Below, in pieces: positions 1 through 9,469 of a stretch of 64,000 bases of DNA. Under the pieces are notes generated by a model, which worked only from the letters and a program-made list of their open reading frames with translations, was not told the origin of the DNA and made no database searches. Numbering within the stretch: the stretch's first letter is position 1; every line of letters begins with the position of its first letter. The position numbers and the translations under genes were made by a program. Source of the DNA: Myxococcota bacterium (GTDB lineage Bacteria > Myxococcota_A > UBA9160 > UBA4427); the NCBI GenBank assembly GCA_045106235.1, contig JBGCEJ010000010.1, forward strand, positions 72,991 through 136,990, given 5' to 3'.

Positions 1-40
1 GGTGCGCCCCGCTTCGCGATCGATCGCGAGAGGCTTCCGC

Positions 41-1777
41 ATGTCCGCGCTTCGCTTGCTCCCGAACGCTGAACTCGACCGACAGGTGGCGTTCGGCGAG
101 GCGGGGAACAAGACCGTGCGCGAGCTGCTTTCGGATGCGGGCCGCATTGCGGCGGCTCTTCCCGAGGCCACGCCCGGTTCACATGTGCTGCTTGTCATCG
201 ATCGGGATCGCTACGCGATGGCGGTTTCCTTTCTGGGGGCCATCGCGGCGGGCCACGCCGTGGCGCTTCCTCCGAATTCACGGAGGGATTCGGTGCTCGC
301 GGTGCATGACCGAGAAGAGACGGTCGCGACGATTCATGACTCCGATGCGGGGATGCATTTTCGGTTTGAAAAGTTGCTCGAAGCCGGGGCCGGAGCGCCT
401 CCGCTCCCCCCCGATTTTTCCGTTTCTGATTTGGACGCGCCGATTCTGGCAACGGTTTTCACTTCGGGCTCGACCGGGCCCATGGCCGCTTGGCCTAAAT
501 CGCCCGGGGCTTTGCTGGGCGAGGGGAGGGTGTTAGGCGATCTCTTCGACGTCTCCGCCGAGGAACGGATCGTCGGCACCGTGGCGCCGGGGCATATCTA
601 CGGGTTGCTCTTTACCGTCCTTCTGCCGCTGCTTCGGGGGGCCGCGTTTTGTCGTGATACGCCGCTTCACGCGGAGGCGGTGGCCCGCGCGGTTTCGACC
701 TTTGACGCGACGGTGCTGGTGACGGTTCCGGTTCAGCTGCGGGCGTTAAACGGACTTTCTTCGGAGGCGTTTCCGAATCTGAAGCGCGTGTTCTCCTCGA
801 CCGGCCCCTTGCCCGCCGATATTTCGGATGCTTTCCGCGCGCGGCATGGCCTCAGCGTGACCGAAATTTTCGGATCCACCGAAACCGGAGGGATTGCCTA
901 CCGCGAGCGCGCAGGCGAATCGCCCGGCGGTGACGAGTGGTGGACGCCGTTGACTTCGGTGCGGGTCTCGGGGGGGGCGGATGGCCGACTGCGCGTGGAC
1001 TCGCCCTTTGTCGACCGGTCTGGGTTCGAGACGGAGGATCTCGTTCGCATCGAGGAGGATGGTCGATTTACCCATCTTGGGCGCGCGGATGGCGTCGTGA
1101 AGATCGGGGGGCGACGGGTTCAGGTGGGCGAAGTCGAGGAGTGCATTCGACAGCATGAGAGCGTGATTGACGCGGCGGTCGTTGCCGTCCCCGCTTCGGG
1201 CGCGCGGGGGCATCAGCTCCTGGCGGCGATCGTTCCAGAGACGGCCTCGACGGATGAAATTCGCAAGGCGCTGCTGAAGCGGTTCGAACCTTCTTGCCTG
1301 CCAAGGCGGATGCTTCGCGTGTCTGCGCTGCCCCGGGAAGAAAACGGCAAGCTCTTGCGTGCGCGCCTACTTCGACTCTTCGGTCTTCGCGCGGATGGTC
1401 ATGCTGAGAATTGGAAGATGGATTGGCGGCCCGCTGTTCGGAGCCGGGATGGCGAAGCCGAACGCGTTGAAGTGGAAGTCGACCTCCCCGACGACTACGC
1501 GTGGTTCGAAGGCCATTTTGACGACTACGCGGTCCTGGCCGGGGCGGCGCAGCTCAAGGAGCTGATTTTGCCCGCGGTCGAAAGCGCGTTTCCGGATCTT
1601 GGCCGCTTGGAATCCATGAACCGGGTGAAGTTCCTCGAGCGGATCGTGCCGGGTGCTGCGCTGCGAATCACGCTGGTTCACGAAGATTCCTCCGCGCGGG
1701 TGCAGTTTCGAATCGATGAGCGCGACGGGGCCACCTGCTCTGCGGGGCATTTGATTTTCGCCGGGCCCGATGCATGA
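41..1777 (+). CDS. AMP-dependent acyl/aryl ligase fused to a C-terminal FabA/FabZ-like hotdog dehydratase domain
   Basis: ORF 2..1777 reaches the window edge. ATG at 41 follows GAGAGG. Adenylation core motifs are FTSGSTGPMAAWPK, EIFGSTETGG and GRADGVVKIGGRRV. The last ~125 aa carry FEGHFDDYAVLAGAAQL, a hotdog-dehydratase-like His motif. The stop overlaps the next start (ATGA). Confidence 0.85.
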   Translation: MSALRLLPNAELDRQVAFGEAGNKTVRELLSDAGRIAAALPEATPGSHVLLVIDRDRYAMAVSFLGAIAAGHAVALPPNSRRDSVLAVHDREETVATIHDSDAGMHFRFEKLLEAGAGAPPLPPDFSVSDLDAPILATVFTSGSTGPMAAWPKSPGALLGEGRVLGDLFDVSAEERIVGTVAPGHIYGLLFTVLLPLLRGAAFCRDTPLHAEAVARAVSTFDATVLVTVPVQLRALNGLSSEAFPNLKRVFSSTGPLPADISDAFRARHGLSVTEIFGSTETGGIAYRERAGESPGGDEWWTPLTSVRVSGGADGRLRVDSPFVDRSGFETEDLVRIEEDGRFTHLGRADGVVKIGGRRVQVGEVEECIRQHESVIDAAVVAVPASGARGHQLLAAIVPETASTDEIRKALLKRFEPSCLPRRMLRVSALPREENGKLLRARLLRLFGLRADGHAENWKMDWRPAVRSRDGEAERVEVEVDLPDDYAWFEGHFDDYAVLAGAAQLKELILPAVESAFPDLGRLESMNRVKFLERIVPGAALRITLVHEDSSARVQFRIDERDGATCSAGHLIFAGPDA

Positions 1778-2544
1778 CAGAGTTTCGTTGCTGTGCGGTT
1801 GTGCCGACCTTTGAAAACCCTGAAACGATCCGATCCGTTGTGGAGTCGATTCGGGGGCATCTCGCGGACGTGATCGTGATTGATGACGGCAGCTCCCAGG
1901 CTGGGCGGGAGGCCTGTGCGGCCCTTGCGCGGGAAGGTCTCGCGGAGGTGACGCATCTCGCTGAGAATCGCGGCAAGGGGGCGGCGATGCGCGTGGGCTT
2001 TGCGGAAGCGGCGCGCTTAGGATTTAGCCATGCGTTTCAGATTGACGCGGATGGTCAGCATGATGCCGATGCGATCCCCGCCTTTATCGCGGCGGCGCAA
2101 GGCCAGCCTGCAGCCGCCGTGTTTGCGCGGCCCGTCTATGACGAGACGATTCCGCAGGCGCGGCGGATCGCTCGAAAGATCACACATTTTTGGGTGGACC
2201 TCGAGGTGGGGCGCGGCGTGATCGACGATGCCCTGATCGGCTTTCGAATTTACCCGCTCGCCGCCACGCGGTCGTTGGGGCTTGTCTGTGACCGGATGGC
2301 TTTTGATGTCGAGGCCGCGGTGCTGCTGGCCTGGGCGGGCGTGCCGATCGTGAACCTGCCGGTTCGCGTGCGTTACCTGACAGCGGAGGAGGGCGGGCGT
2401 TCGCATTTTCACGTTGTTCGAGACAACGCTCGTTTGGCTTGGCTGCATTGTCGCCTCTGCACGACGGCTTCGATTCGCTTCTGCTTTGGTCGTCCCGCGC
2501 GGCGACAGCGCCCGACCTCGTCTTCATTTTCGGAGTCCTCATGA
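1774..2544 (+). CDS. family 2 glycosyltransferase
   Basis: VVPTFENPETI, VIVIDDGSSQ and FQIDADGQHD (DxD) are the GT-A/GT2 signature. Translationally coupled on both sides (ATGA overlaps). Confidence 0.85.
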   Translation: MTEFRCCAVVPTFENPETIRSVVESIRGHLADVIVIDDGSSQAGREACAALAREGLAEVTHLAENRGKGAAMRVGFAEAARLGFSHAFQIDADGQHDADAIPAFIAAAQGQPAAAVFARPVYDETIPQARRIARKITHFWVDLEVGRGVIDDALIGFRIYPLAATRSLGLVCDRMAFDVEAAVLLAWAGVPIVNLPVRVRYLTAEEGGRSHFHVVRDNARLAWLHCRLCTTASIRFCFGRPARRQRPTSSSFSESS

Positions 2545-3464
2545 GCGCGTCGGCGGAGCGAGGCGAGGCCGCATGGCTTAGCCAGCGCGAACGCGGGACC
2601 GTTGCGGCGCTCCGGCTTGCCACGATCTGGGCGACGCTTCTCGGGCGTCGATTGTCGCGGCCGATGGTCCATTTGATCGCGCTCTACTACGCCCTCTTTG
2701 ACAAAGAGGTGAAGCGCGTCTCTCGGGCTTGGTTCACTCGGTTGACGGGAGAGGCGCCCACATTCAGTCGCGTCTATCGCCATATTCTCACCTTTGTGCA
2801 GGTCACGCTCGATCGGCTCTATTTTACTTCGGGACGTGTGGCGCCCTTCGCGATCACGCGGACCGGCAACCAGCATTTGCTCGCGCAAGCGCGCTCGGGC
2901 CAAGGGGCGATTTTGCTCGGCGCCCACGTGGGGAGCTTCGAGGCCATGCGCGCTTCGGGCGGTGACGAGCGGATGCCGATCTCGATCGTGGGGACCTGGG
3001 AGAACGCAAAGATGATCAATGCTTTGTTGAGTTCTTTCGATCCCGAGATGCCGGCTCAGGTAGTGCATACCGGAGGTGATCCCGTGAGCCTTGCGCTCAC
3101 GTTGCGGGAACGGATTGCGGAGGGGCATCTGCTGGCGATGATGGCAGACCGAGTGGGGCCGAACGAAAAAACCGTCGAGGTTGATTTCTTCGGCGAGAAG
3201 GCGTCTTTTGCCGCGGGTCCCTTTCTGCTGGCCTCGGTTCTGAAATGCCCCGTCTTCATTGTTTTCGGGATTTATACCGAGCCGAATCGCTACGATTTGT
3301 ACTGTGAACCCTTCGCGGAGAAGATCGTTTTGCCGCGAGGGGACCGCGAAGCAGGGCTGGAAAAAGCCGTGACGGAGTACGCCGCGCGTTTAGAGAGCTA
3401 CGCTCGTAGGGCGCCCGAGAACTGGTTCAACTTTTTCGACTTCTGGGAGAAGCCGACTCGATGA
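2541..3464 (+). CDS. LpxL/HtrB-like lipid (lysophospholipid/lipid A type) acyltransferase
   Basis: In-frame ATG at 2541 overlaps the upstream stop. GAILLGAHVGSFEAM fits the HX4(D/E) acyltransferase motif. Size and position match the acyltransferase of aryl-polyene-type clusters. Confidence 0.7.
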   Translation: MSASAERGEAAWLSQRERGTVAALRLATIWATLLGRRLSRPMVHLIALYYALFDKEVKRVSRAWFTRLTGEAPTFSRVYRHILTFVQVTLDRLYFTSGRVAPFAITRTGNQHLLAQARSGQGAILLGAHVGSFEAMRASGGDERMPISIVGTWENAKMINALLSSFDPEMPAQVVHTGGDPVSLALTLRERIAEGHLLAMMADRVGPNEKTVEVDFFGEKASFAAGPFLLASVLKCPVFIVFGIYTEPNRYDLYCEPFAEKIVLPRGDREAGLEKAVTEYAARLESYARRAPENWFNFFDFWEKPTR

Positions 3465-5044
3465 GTTCCGCAGAAAAAGAACCCCTGGCGGTCTCAGGTT
3501 CAAACGCCGCGGGGAAGAGGCCCGACGCGATTCCCGGCGCCTCGGCCACAGATTGGGCTGTCGGCGAGGGCACGCTCGGCATCTCGGACTTGGTCCGCCT
3601 CGCAAAGGGCGAAGGCCGCGCCATTCTTTCCGAAGGTGCGCAGGCACGGATCAGCCGAAGTGCTGAGGTCTTTGCGAAACTCCACGCTCGGGGGGATGCG
3701 ATCTACGGCGTGACGACGAGCGTGGGAGGCTCGGTGGGAACGGCGGTTCCTAAGGCGCAGTCTGCAGACCTTTCCTTGAACGTCTTGCGCATGCATGGCT
3801 GTGGTTTTGGACGCATCCTGGATGAGGTTGAAGCCTCGGCCGTCATCTTGGTGCGCCTTTCTTCGTTGTCGCACGGGATGAGCGGAATCCGCTTGGTCGT
3901 CGCCGAGCGTCTCGTTGAATTGCTGGATCGCGGCATCCTCCCTCAAATTCCTTCGGAAGGCTCGGTGGGCGCGAGCGGGGATCTCACACCCCTGTCCTAC
4001 GTGGCCGCTTTGTTGGTGGGCGAACGTGAGGTCTTCTACCGCGGTGAGTCGCGTATCGCGAGCGAAGTGCTCGAGGAAGTTGGGCTGCCCGCCCTCCGGC
4101 TCGACCCCAAAGAGGCGCTGGCCTTGATGAACGGGACGAGTGTTGCGACGGCGATCGCTTGTCTTGCTTGGGACCGCGCGCGGAGACTCGCGCGGGTGGC
4201 GTCTTCGGTGGCCGCTGCAACCACCTTGGCCATTGATGGAAACGCGACGCATTTCGATGCGCGGATTCATGCGGCGAAGCCCCACGCGGGGCAGAAGCAG
4301 GCGGCCGACTGGATTCGGGCTGATCTCGAGGGCATGCCTTCGCCGGGCGCTTCGACGCGTCTTCAGGATCGCTATTCCGTGCGCTGTGCGCCGCATGTGA
4401 TCGGCGTTTTGGTGGACTCGCTTTCCTGGGCCGAGACGCTCTTGGAAACGGAACTGAATGGGGTGAGCGATAACCCCATCGTCGACGTGGAGGCGGAGGA
4501 AGTCCTTCACGGCGGGAATTTCTATGGCGGCCATGTGGCGCAGGCCTGCGATAGCTTGAAGACCGCCGTGGCGAGCGTGGCCTGCTTGCTGGATCGCCAG
4601 GTGATGCTGTTATGTCATCCTGAAGAGAACGGCGGACTGCCGACGGATCTGGTCGGAGTGGAGGGGCCGGAAGCCTGCGCGCATAATGGATTTAAGGCGG
4701 CGACGATTGCGGCTTCGAGCATGGCCGCCGAAGCCATGAAGCTGACGATGCCCGCGAGCGCCTTTAGTCGGAGCACCGAGCTGCATAACCAGGACAAAGT
4801 TCCGATGGCGACGACGGCGGCGCGGGATTTACTGCGGATGGTGGAGCTCGCGGAGCAAGTTCTGTCGATCGCGCTTCTGGCGACCTGCCAGGCGATGGAT
4901 TTGCGCGGTCTAGGGGGCGAAGGGGCCCTTGCGGAGATGCGGGAGACGATTCGGGCTGAAGTGCCGCGGGTTGTCGAAGATCGGCGAATGGATCTCGACT
5001 GGGCCTCGGTTCTTGCGATGCTTCGGGGCGGTCGACTCGGATGA
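3461..5044 (+). CDS. MIO-dependent aromatic amino acid/histidine ammonia-lyase (HAL/PAL/TAL family)
   Basis: GSVGASGDLTPLS contains the Ala-Ser-Gly triad that forms the MIO cofactor. The 527-aa length and overall collinearity match HAL/TAL. ATGA overlaps on both ends. Confidence 0.9.
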   Translation: MSSAEKEPLAVSGSNAAGKRPDAIPGASATDWAVGEGTLGISDLVRLAKGEGRAILSEGAQARISRSAEVFAKLHARGDAIYGVTTSVGGSVGTAVPKAQSADLSLNVLRMHGCGFGRILDEVEASAVILVRLSSLSHGMSGIRLVVAERLVELLDRGILPQIPSEGSVGASGDLTPLSYVAALLVGEREVFYRGESRIASEVLEEVGLPALRLDPKEALALMNGTSVATAIACLAWDRARRLARVASSVAAATTLAIDGNATHFDARIHAAKPHAGQKQAADWIRADLEGMPSPGASTRLQDRYSVRCAPHVIGVLVDSLSWAETLLETELNGVSDNPIVDVEAEEVLHGGNFYGGHVAQACDSLKTAVASVACLLDRQVMLLCHPEENGGLPTDLVGVEGPEACAHNGFKAATIAASSMAAEAMKLTMPASAFSRSTELHNQDKVPMATTAARDLLRMVELAEQVLSIALLATCQAMDLRGLGGEGALAEMRETIRAEVPRVVEDRRMDLDWASVLAMLRGGRLG

Positions 5045-5445
5045 GTTCGATTCGGGCCCGCGTGGAGTTCGAAGTTCCGTTTCATGACTGCGACCCGCTG
5101 CAGATCGTTTGGCATGGGCGCTATTTCGAATATTTCGAACTGGCTCGCACGCAACTGTTCCGCGAGCGTCAACTCGATATTCCGGCTGTTCGCGATCTGG
5201 GGCTGCGGATGTACGTCGCCGACGTGCGCTGTCGTTTTACCTCGCCTCTGACGTACGGCGACCGGGTAGAGGTGGTGGCGATCGCGAAGGAAGCGAGTCC
5301 TTTGATCCGGATTGCGTATGCTGTCCGCAATCTGACAAAGGACCGACGCAGCGCGCGAGGACATTGCGTTCTCGCGACGACGGACGCCCAGGGCGAGCTT
5401 CTCACGGAGACGCCGGAAATTATCCGCGAGCGCCTTCTCGGTTAG
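5041..5445 (+). CDS. 4-hydroxybenzoyl-CoA thioesterase/YbgC-like hotdog thioesterase
   Basis: 134 aa. FHDCDPLQIVWHGRYFEYFELAR is the typical 4HBT/YbgC N-terminal catalytic Asp region. Confidence 0.8.
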   Translation: MSSIRARVEFEVPFHDCDPLQIVWHGRYFEYFELARTQLFRERQLDIPAVRDLGLRMYVADVRCRFTSPLTYGDRVEVVAIAKEASPLIRIAYAVRNLTKDRRSARGHCVLATTDAQGELLTETPEIIRERLLG

Positions 5446-5492
5446 GCGCGGGGATTGATCTCCAGCGGACGGCGAGGCGAAGGGGGAATGGG

Positions 5493-6281
5493 GTGAAGGC
5501 CGGCTTGCGTACACATCTTCGAAGGGGTCGGCCTTTCGTGAGGTTGATCGCGCTCGGGGCGGTTTTTTGTTTTTCGCTGTTGGCTTCGTTTGGAGCGGCC
5601 CTTTCGGCGAAGGCCGACGAGCCGAAGTCGGTCAAGGAACTCCTCGCCGCTTTTCGTGAGATGCCCGGTTTCGAGGCGCGCTTCGTCGAGGATAAGCATC
5701 TGGCGCTGCTCGCGATTCCTTTGCGCAGTGAGGGGCGGCTTTATTTCGCGCCTCCGGCGCTGCTTCTGCGGGATGTTCTTTCGCCGTCGCCGCAGCGGGT
5801 GCTCCTGCAGGGGAACCAGGTGCGTCTGTCCTCGGGGCCGGGAGCCAATGGTGCGAGCGATCCCAGTGGCGTTGTCCGCGAGCAGGTCATCGACCTTTCG
5901 GCGCGACCTGAAATCAGGCCGTTGGTTGAATCTGTGCTTTGGTTGTTAAGCGGCGATGAGGCCGCTCTGGAAGGTGCCTTCGAAATCGAATTCGTGCCGT
6001 CTAAGTTGGAAGCGGATACGTTGGAAGCGGAATCCGGGGGAGACGAGTGGATACTGCGTTTGATTCCCCGAGACGACGCTCTCGCTCAACTGCTCGCACG
6101 CCTTGTTGTTCGCGGTCGTGGAATGGAAACGACTGAAATCGCCGTCGAGGAAAGTTCGGGCGATCGCTCTGTGATGCGTATCCTGGAGCCGAATCCCGCG
6201 CGTGTGTTCTCCGAGGCGGAGCGCGAGTCGATCTTTGGGACCCGGGAGAAGGCTGAACGCGCCGCGGTCCGGAATGAGTAA
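5493..6281 (+). CDS. LolA-like outer-membrane lipoprotein carrier family protein
   Basis: GTG at 5493 lies 6 nt after AGGGGG. Signal peptide is LIALGAVFCFSLLASFGAALSAKA. It sits between the thioesterase and the MMPL exporter, as in aryl-polyene-type clusters. The longer ORF-track version (5109) overlaps the thioesterase and was not used. Confidence 0.6.
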   Translation: MKAGLRTHLRRGRPFVRLIALGAVFCFSLLASFGAALSAKADEPKSVKELLAAFREMPGFEARFVEDKHLALLAIPLRSEGRLYFAPPALLLRDVLSPSPQRVLLQGNQVRLSSGPGANGASDPSGVVREQVIDLSARPEIRPLVESVLWLLSGDEAALEGAFEIEFVPSKLEADTLEAESGGDEWILRLIPRDDALAQLLARLVVRGRGMETTEIAVEESSGDRSVMRILEPNPARVFSEAERESIFGTREKAERAAVRNE

Positions 6282-8697
6282 GGGGCGCGTGGTTGGGGCC
6301 GGGGCGCGGCTGCTCTTGGGCGGACTTCTGCTGTTGGCCTTGGCCGCTTTCGTCGTTCGGAACTTCGCCGTCTCGACCGAGATTACGCATTTCTTGCCCG
6401 ATCCTGAAGATCGAGCGCTGTCAAAGCTCTCTCGCCAAATCACAGAAAGCGAACTCAGCCGGACGCTGATCCTCGCGATCGATACGCCGGATCTCGAAAC
6501 GAGCCTCGTTGCGAGCCGTGCGCTTGAAGCGGCGATTCGGAGCGATCCCCTTCTGGCCGAAGCACTTTCCTTCCTGGAGGGCGGTCCAGCGGAGGGTGTC
6601 GATCGCACGCTTTTTGAGATCTACGAGCCCCGCCGGCTTGGCCTGTTTGCGAAATCGCCCGAAGCGGCGCAGCTGCGACTCTCTGACGACGGACTAAGAC
6701 AGGCCGCACGTGCGCTCCGCGCGGAGCTCGCAGGGCCCCTGGGCGCGTTGGCCGCGCGAGTGGCTCCCGAAGATCCATTTCTCACGCTGCCCACTCTGTT
6801 TCGGAATCTTGAGGCGGGGCGCGTTGGCGGGCTGACCGTATCCGAAGGGCGCTTTGTGACGGAAGGGGGGCGGACGGCGATTCTCTTCGCTGGGACGAAG
6901 GCTTCGGCTCTCGATGCTTCGGCGCAGGCCCCGTTTCTGGCGACGCTCCGCGCGCTCTTCGAACGGGTTGAAGGCGAGGTGGGCGCGCCAATTCGACTCG
7001 ATCTCAGCGGGGTGCATCCCATGGCAACGCGCACGGCTGAAACGATCGAGGCGGATATCAAGCGCGTTTCCCTGATTTCGAGTCTGACGCTCGTGCTGCT
7101 GCTGCTGGTTCTTTTTCGGAGCCTGCGCTTTATCCTGGTTGCGGCGGTGCCGGTTGTGTTTGGGATGGTCACGGGGATGGCCGCGGTCCTGCTGTTATTC
7201 GGTGAGCTGCATGGCATCACCTTGGCCTTTGGCGCCGCGCTGATCGGGGTCTCGGTGGACTACGTGGTCCATCTCTACTGTCATCACGGCGTAGTTGCGC
7301 CGAGAGGCGGCGCGCCGGCGTCGCTGCGTAGGATTATCTGGCCTCTGGGCACCGGCGCCATCACAACCGCCGCGGGTTTTTTAGCGCTCGCGGCGTCGAG
7401 CCTGGCGGGGCTCAGAGAAGTGGCCTGCTTTGCGGTCAGCGGTTTGCTCAGCGCTTTTGTGGCGACGGTGCTTTGTGTGCCGGCGCTCATCGGGGGGGAG
7501 GCACCTCCGGTCGCAGCGCGCGCGCGCTGGGTCGAGTTCCTACAGGACCGCTTCGAGCGCATGCAGGACCGCCCTGCATTGTTAGGTCTTCTGCCGGCCC
7601 TGGCGATCGGCGTGATCATCTGGGGGGCACCGCATCTCGCCTGGAATGCAGACGTTTCAAGCTTCAGCCGGTTGGACCCCGAAGTTCAGGCGGAGGATGA
7701 ACGCGTGCGAGCGAAGGTCATGCCTTTCGAGCAGTCTCGTTTCGTGGTGGCGCTCGGGAATACGGATGAACAGGCGCTGGCGGCGAATGATCAGGTCGCG
7801 GCGGCGCTTGACGAAGCCATCCAGGCCGGCGAGCTGGGGGCGATGCGGAGCGTGGCGATGCTTCTGCCTTCTCCTACAACGCAAAGAGCCGTCTCTGTGG
7901 CGGTGCGCGAGGCGGAGGACTTGCCGGCGCGTTTCGCTCGGATCTTCGCCGAGGAGGGCTTTGCCGCAGGAGCCTTTGAGCCCTTTCTCTCGAGTCTGAA
8001 GGCGCCTGCTCCCGAGCCGGTGGACTACCCGCTTCTGCTGGCTTCCTCTGCTGCTGCGCTGGTTCGACCTTTTCGCGTCACGCTCGGCGACCGGGTGGGG
8101 ATTCTGACGTTCCTGAATGGTGTGGAAGACGCGGCAGCAATCGAGGCGCGGCTCTCGCCGAATGAAGACATTTTGTTTCTTCGTCAAGCCGACCTCTGGG
8201 AGGAGGCGCAGCGCGCCTACCAAGCCAGCACCGCGCGTCTTCTTCTCCTCGGATTGGCGGCGGTCCTGGCGCTCCTCGCGCTCCGGTACCGCGATCTGCG
8301 ACGTACTCTGGTTGCCTTTGCGCCCTCGGTTCTCGCTGCGGGCGTGACAATCTGTGTGCTCGCGTTGATGGGGCGAGGGGTGGATCTGATTTCGCTGACG
8401 GCGCTGCTCTTTGTGGTGAGCATGGGCGTTGATTATTGTGTGTTCTTGGTTGATGCGGCCGACGAGCCGGACGAGCGGAGTGTGGCGGCGGCGCTGACCG
8501 GGGCGCTTCTGGCAGGCGTCTCGACGGTGGCGGCCTTTGGTCTCCTGGGGACATCTATGCATCCCGTCCTTTCGAGTCTCGGGATCACGGCGGCAGTGGG
8601 GATTGCGACGAGTCTCTTGCTCGCGCCTGTCACGCTTTTGCTGTTAGGCCCTTCAAGTCGAGACGTTTCGGTCGGGCACGACGAGGGGGCTGGATGA
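6274..8697 (+). CDS. MMPL/RND-superfamily membrane exporter
   Basis: ~807 aa. Two blocks of ~5-6 hydrophobic helices, each preceded by a large soluble loop. The start ATG at 6274 overlaps the upstream stop region. Confidence 0.8.
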   Translation: MSKGRVVGAGARLLLGGLLLLALAAFVVRNFAVSTEITHFLPDPEDRALSKLSRQITESELSRTLILAIDTPDLETSLVASRALEAAIRSDPLLAEALSFLEGGPAEGVDRTLFEIYEPRRLGLFAKSPEAAQLRLSDDGLRQAARALRAELAGPLGALAARVAPEDPFLTLPTLFRNLEAGRVGGLTVSEGRFVTEGGRTAILFAGTKASALDASAQAPFLATLRALFERVEGEVGAPIRLDLSGVHPMATRTAETIEADIKRVSLISSLTLVLLLLVLFRSLRFILVAAVPVVFGMVTGMAAVLLLFGELHGITLAFGAALIGVSVDYVVHLYCHHGVVAPRGGAPASLRRIIWPLGTGAITTAAGFLALAASSLAGLREVACFAVSGLLSAFVATVLCVPALIGGEAPPVAARARWVEFLQDRFERMQDRPALLGLLPALAIGVIIWGAPHLAWNADVSSFSRLDPEVQAEDERVRAKVMPFEQSRFVVALGNTDEQALAANDQVAAALDEAIQAGELGAMRSVAMLLPSPTTQRAVSVAVREAEDLPARFARIFAEEGFAAGAFEPFLSSLKAPAPEPVDYPLLLASSAAALVRPFRVTLGDRVGILTFLNGVEDAAAIEARLSPNEDILFLRQADLWEEAQRAYQASTARLLLLGLAAVLALLALRYRDLRRTLVAFAPSVLAAGVTICVLALMGRGVDLISLTALLFVVSMGVDYCVFLVDAADEPDERSVAAALTGALLAGVSTVAAFGLLGTSMHPVLSSLGITAAVGIATSLLLAPVTLLLLGPSSRDVSVGHDEGAG

Positions 8698-8724
8698 GGC
8701 AGCTGAATGATTGAGGGAAGCTGG

Positions 8725-9447
8725 ATGCGATCTAAGGCGCTGATGCTGTTCCTGCTCGCTCTAAGCCTGGTCTTCGCGGGCTGTGAGAGTGCGAAGCGGG
8801 GCCCGGAGAGTCGGGAGGAATTCGCCGCTGAGTCGAGAACCGAGGTTCAGCAGGGCGCGGCCGATCTCCTTCCGGCGACCGCGCTCGCACGGCATTTTGT
8901 GTTGCGGCAGCGAGTGGCGATCCGTTGGCAGGACGAATCGGGGAAGCGCGACGAGGCTTCCTTTGATGCGGCGATTCAGCGGCAGGGCGATTCGCTCTTG
9001 CTGCTCGGGTTAGGACCGATGGGACAGGTGGGATTCCTATTGCGGCTCGAAAACGGTGTGGTCCATTTCGAAAATCGGACGGGGCTCGCCTTGCCCTTCG
9101 AGCCCGCGCGGATGTTGGCTGACGTGCAGCGCGTCTACTATCCATGGTTCGAGCCGGTCACAGCCTGTGATACCTGTGTGCGACGCGCGCAGCGATCGCG
9201 GATCACGGTTGAAGAAACGCGTGCGGAGGGCGAGGTCCGCACACGGCGATTCTTCCAGGCGGCGAAGGCGGGCAGCGTGGGGGACGGAGAGGGTCCAGAG
9301 AGCAGAGAAGACGGAGAGGACGATGTGATCGTGCGCTATTCCGGGGCGCCTTGGCTGGATGGTTTGGGGCAGGACGCTCTGCTGCAGAGCGTCGGATTTG
9401 GATACGAGGTCGAGCTCAAGACGCAAAGTGTGGATTGGATCGATTGA
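8725..9447 (+). CDS. lipoprotein of unknown function (DUF3261-like position in cluster)
   Basis: ATG at 8725 follows GAGGGAAG. Lipobox is LALSLVFAGC. It is the last gene of the co-directional cluster. Confidence 0.55.
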   Translation: MRSKALMLFLLALSLVFAGCESAKRGPESREEFAAESRTEVQQGAADLLPATALARHFVLRQRVAIRWQDESGKRDEASFDAAIQRQGDSLLLLGLGPMGQVGFLLRLENGVVHFENRTGLALPFEPARMLADVQRVYYPWFEPVTACDTCVRRAQRSRITVEETRAEGEVRTRRFFQAAKAGSVGDGEGPESREDGEDDVIVRYSGAPWLDGLGQDALLQSVGFGYEVELKTQSVDWID

Positions 9448-9469
9448 TCGTTGGTGATAGCGTTTCGGT

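Noticed and set aside
3500-4534. Long antisense or overlapping ORFs in the track (for example 3500..4534 -, 11607..13205 -, 30167..31174 -, 47432..49159 -, 55889..56683 -, 57771..58883 +, 58114..59082 -)
   Set aside because: They lie opposite or out of frame to genes with clear family signatures. They are Arg/Pro/Gly/Ala-rich, as expected for shadow frames in high-GC DNA. They show no recognisable motifs.
5109-5492. N-terminal extensions suggested by the longest-ORF track (5109 for the LolA-like gene, 6202 for MMPL, 53696 for GST, 54649 and 55793 for the ACADs, 53861-54091 for the TPR protein, 42454-42591 and 41681-41713 for SDRs, 62327 for EAL-HDOD)
   Set aside because: The extensions overlap upstream genes or are Arg/Pro-rich with no family similarity. 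Internal starts with Shine-Dalgarno sequences give canonical N-termini.
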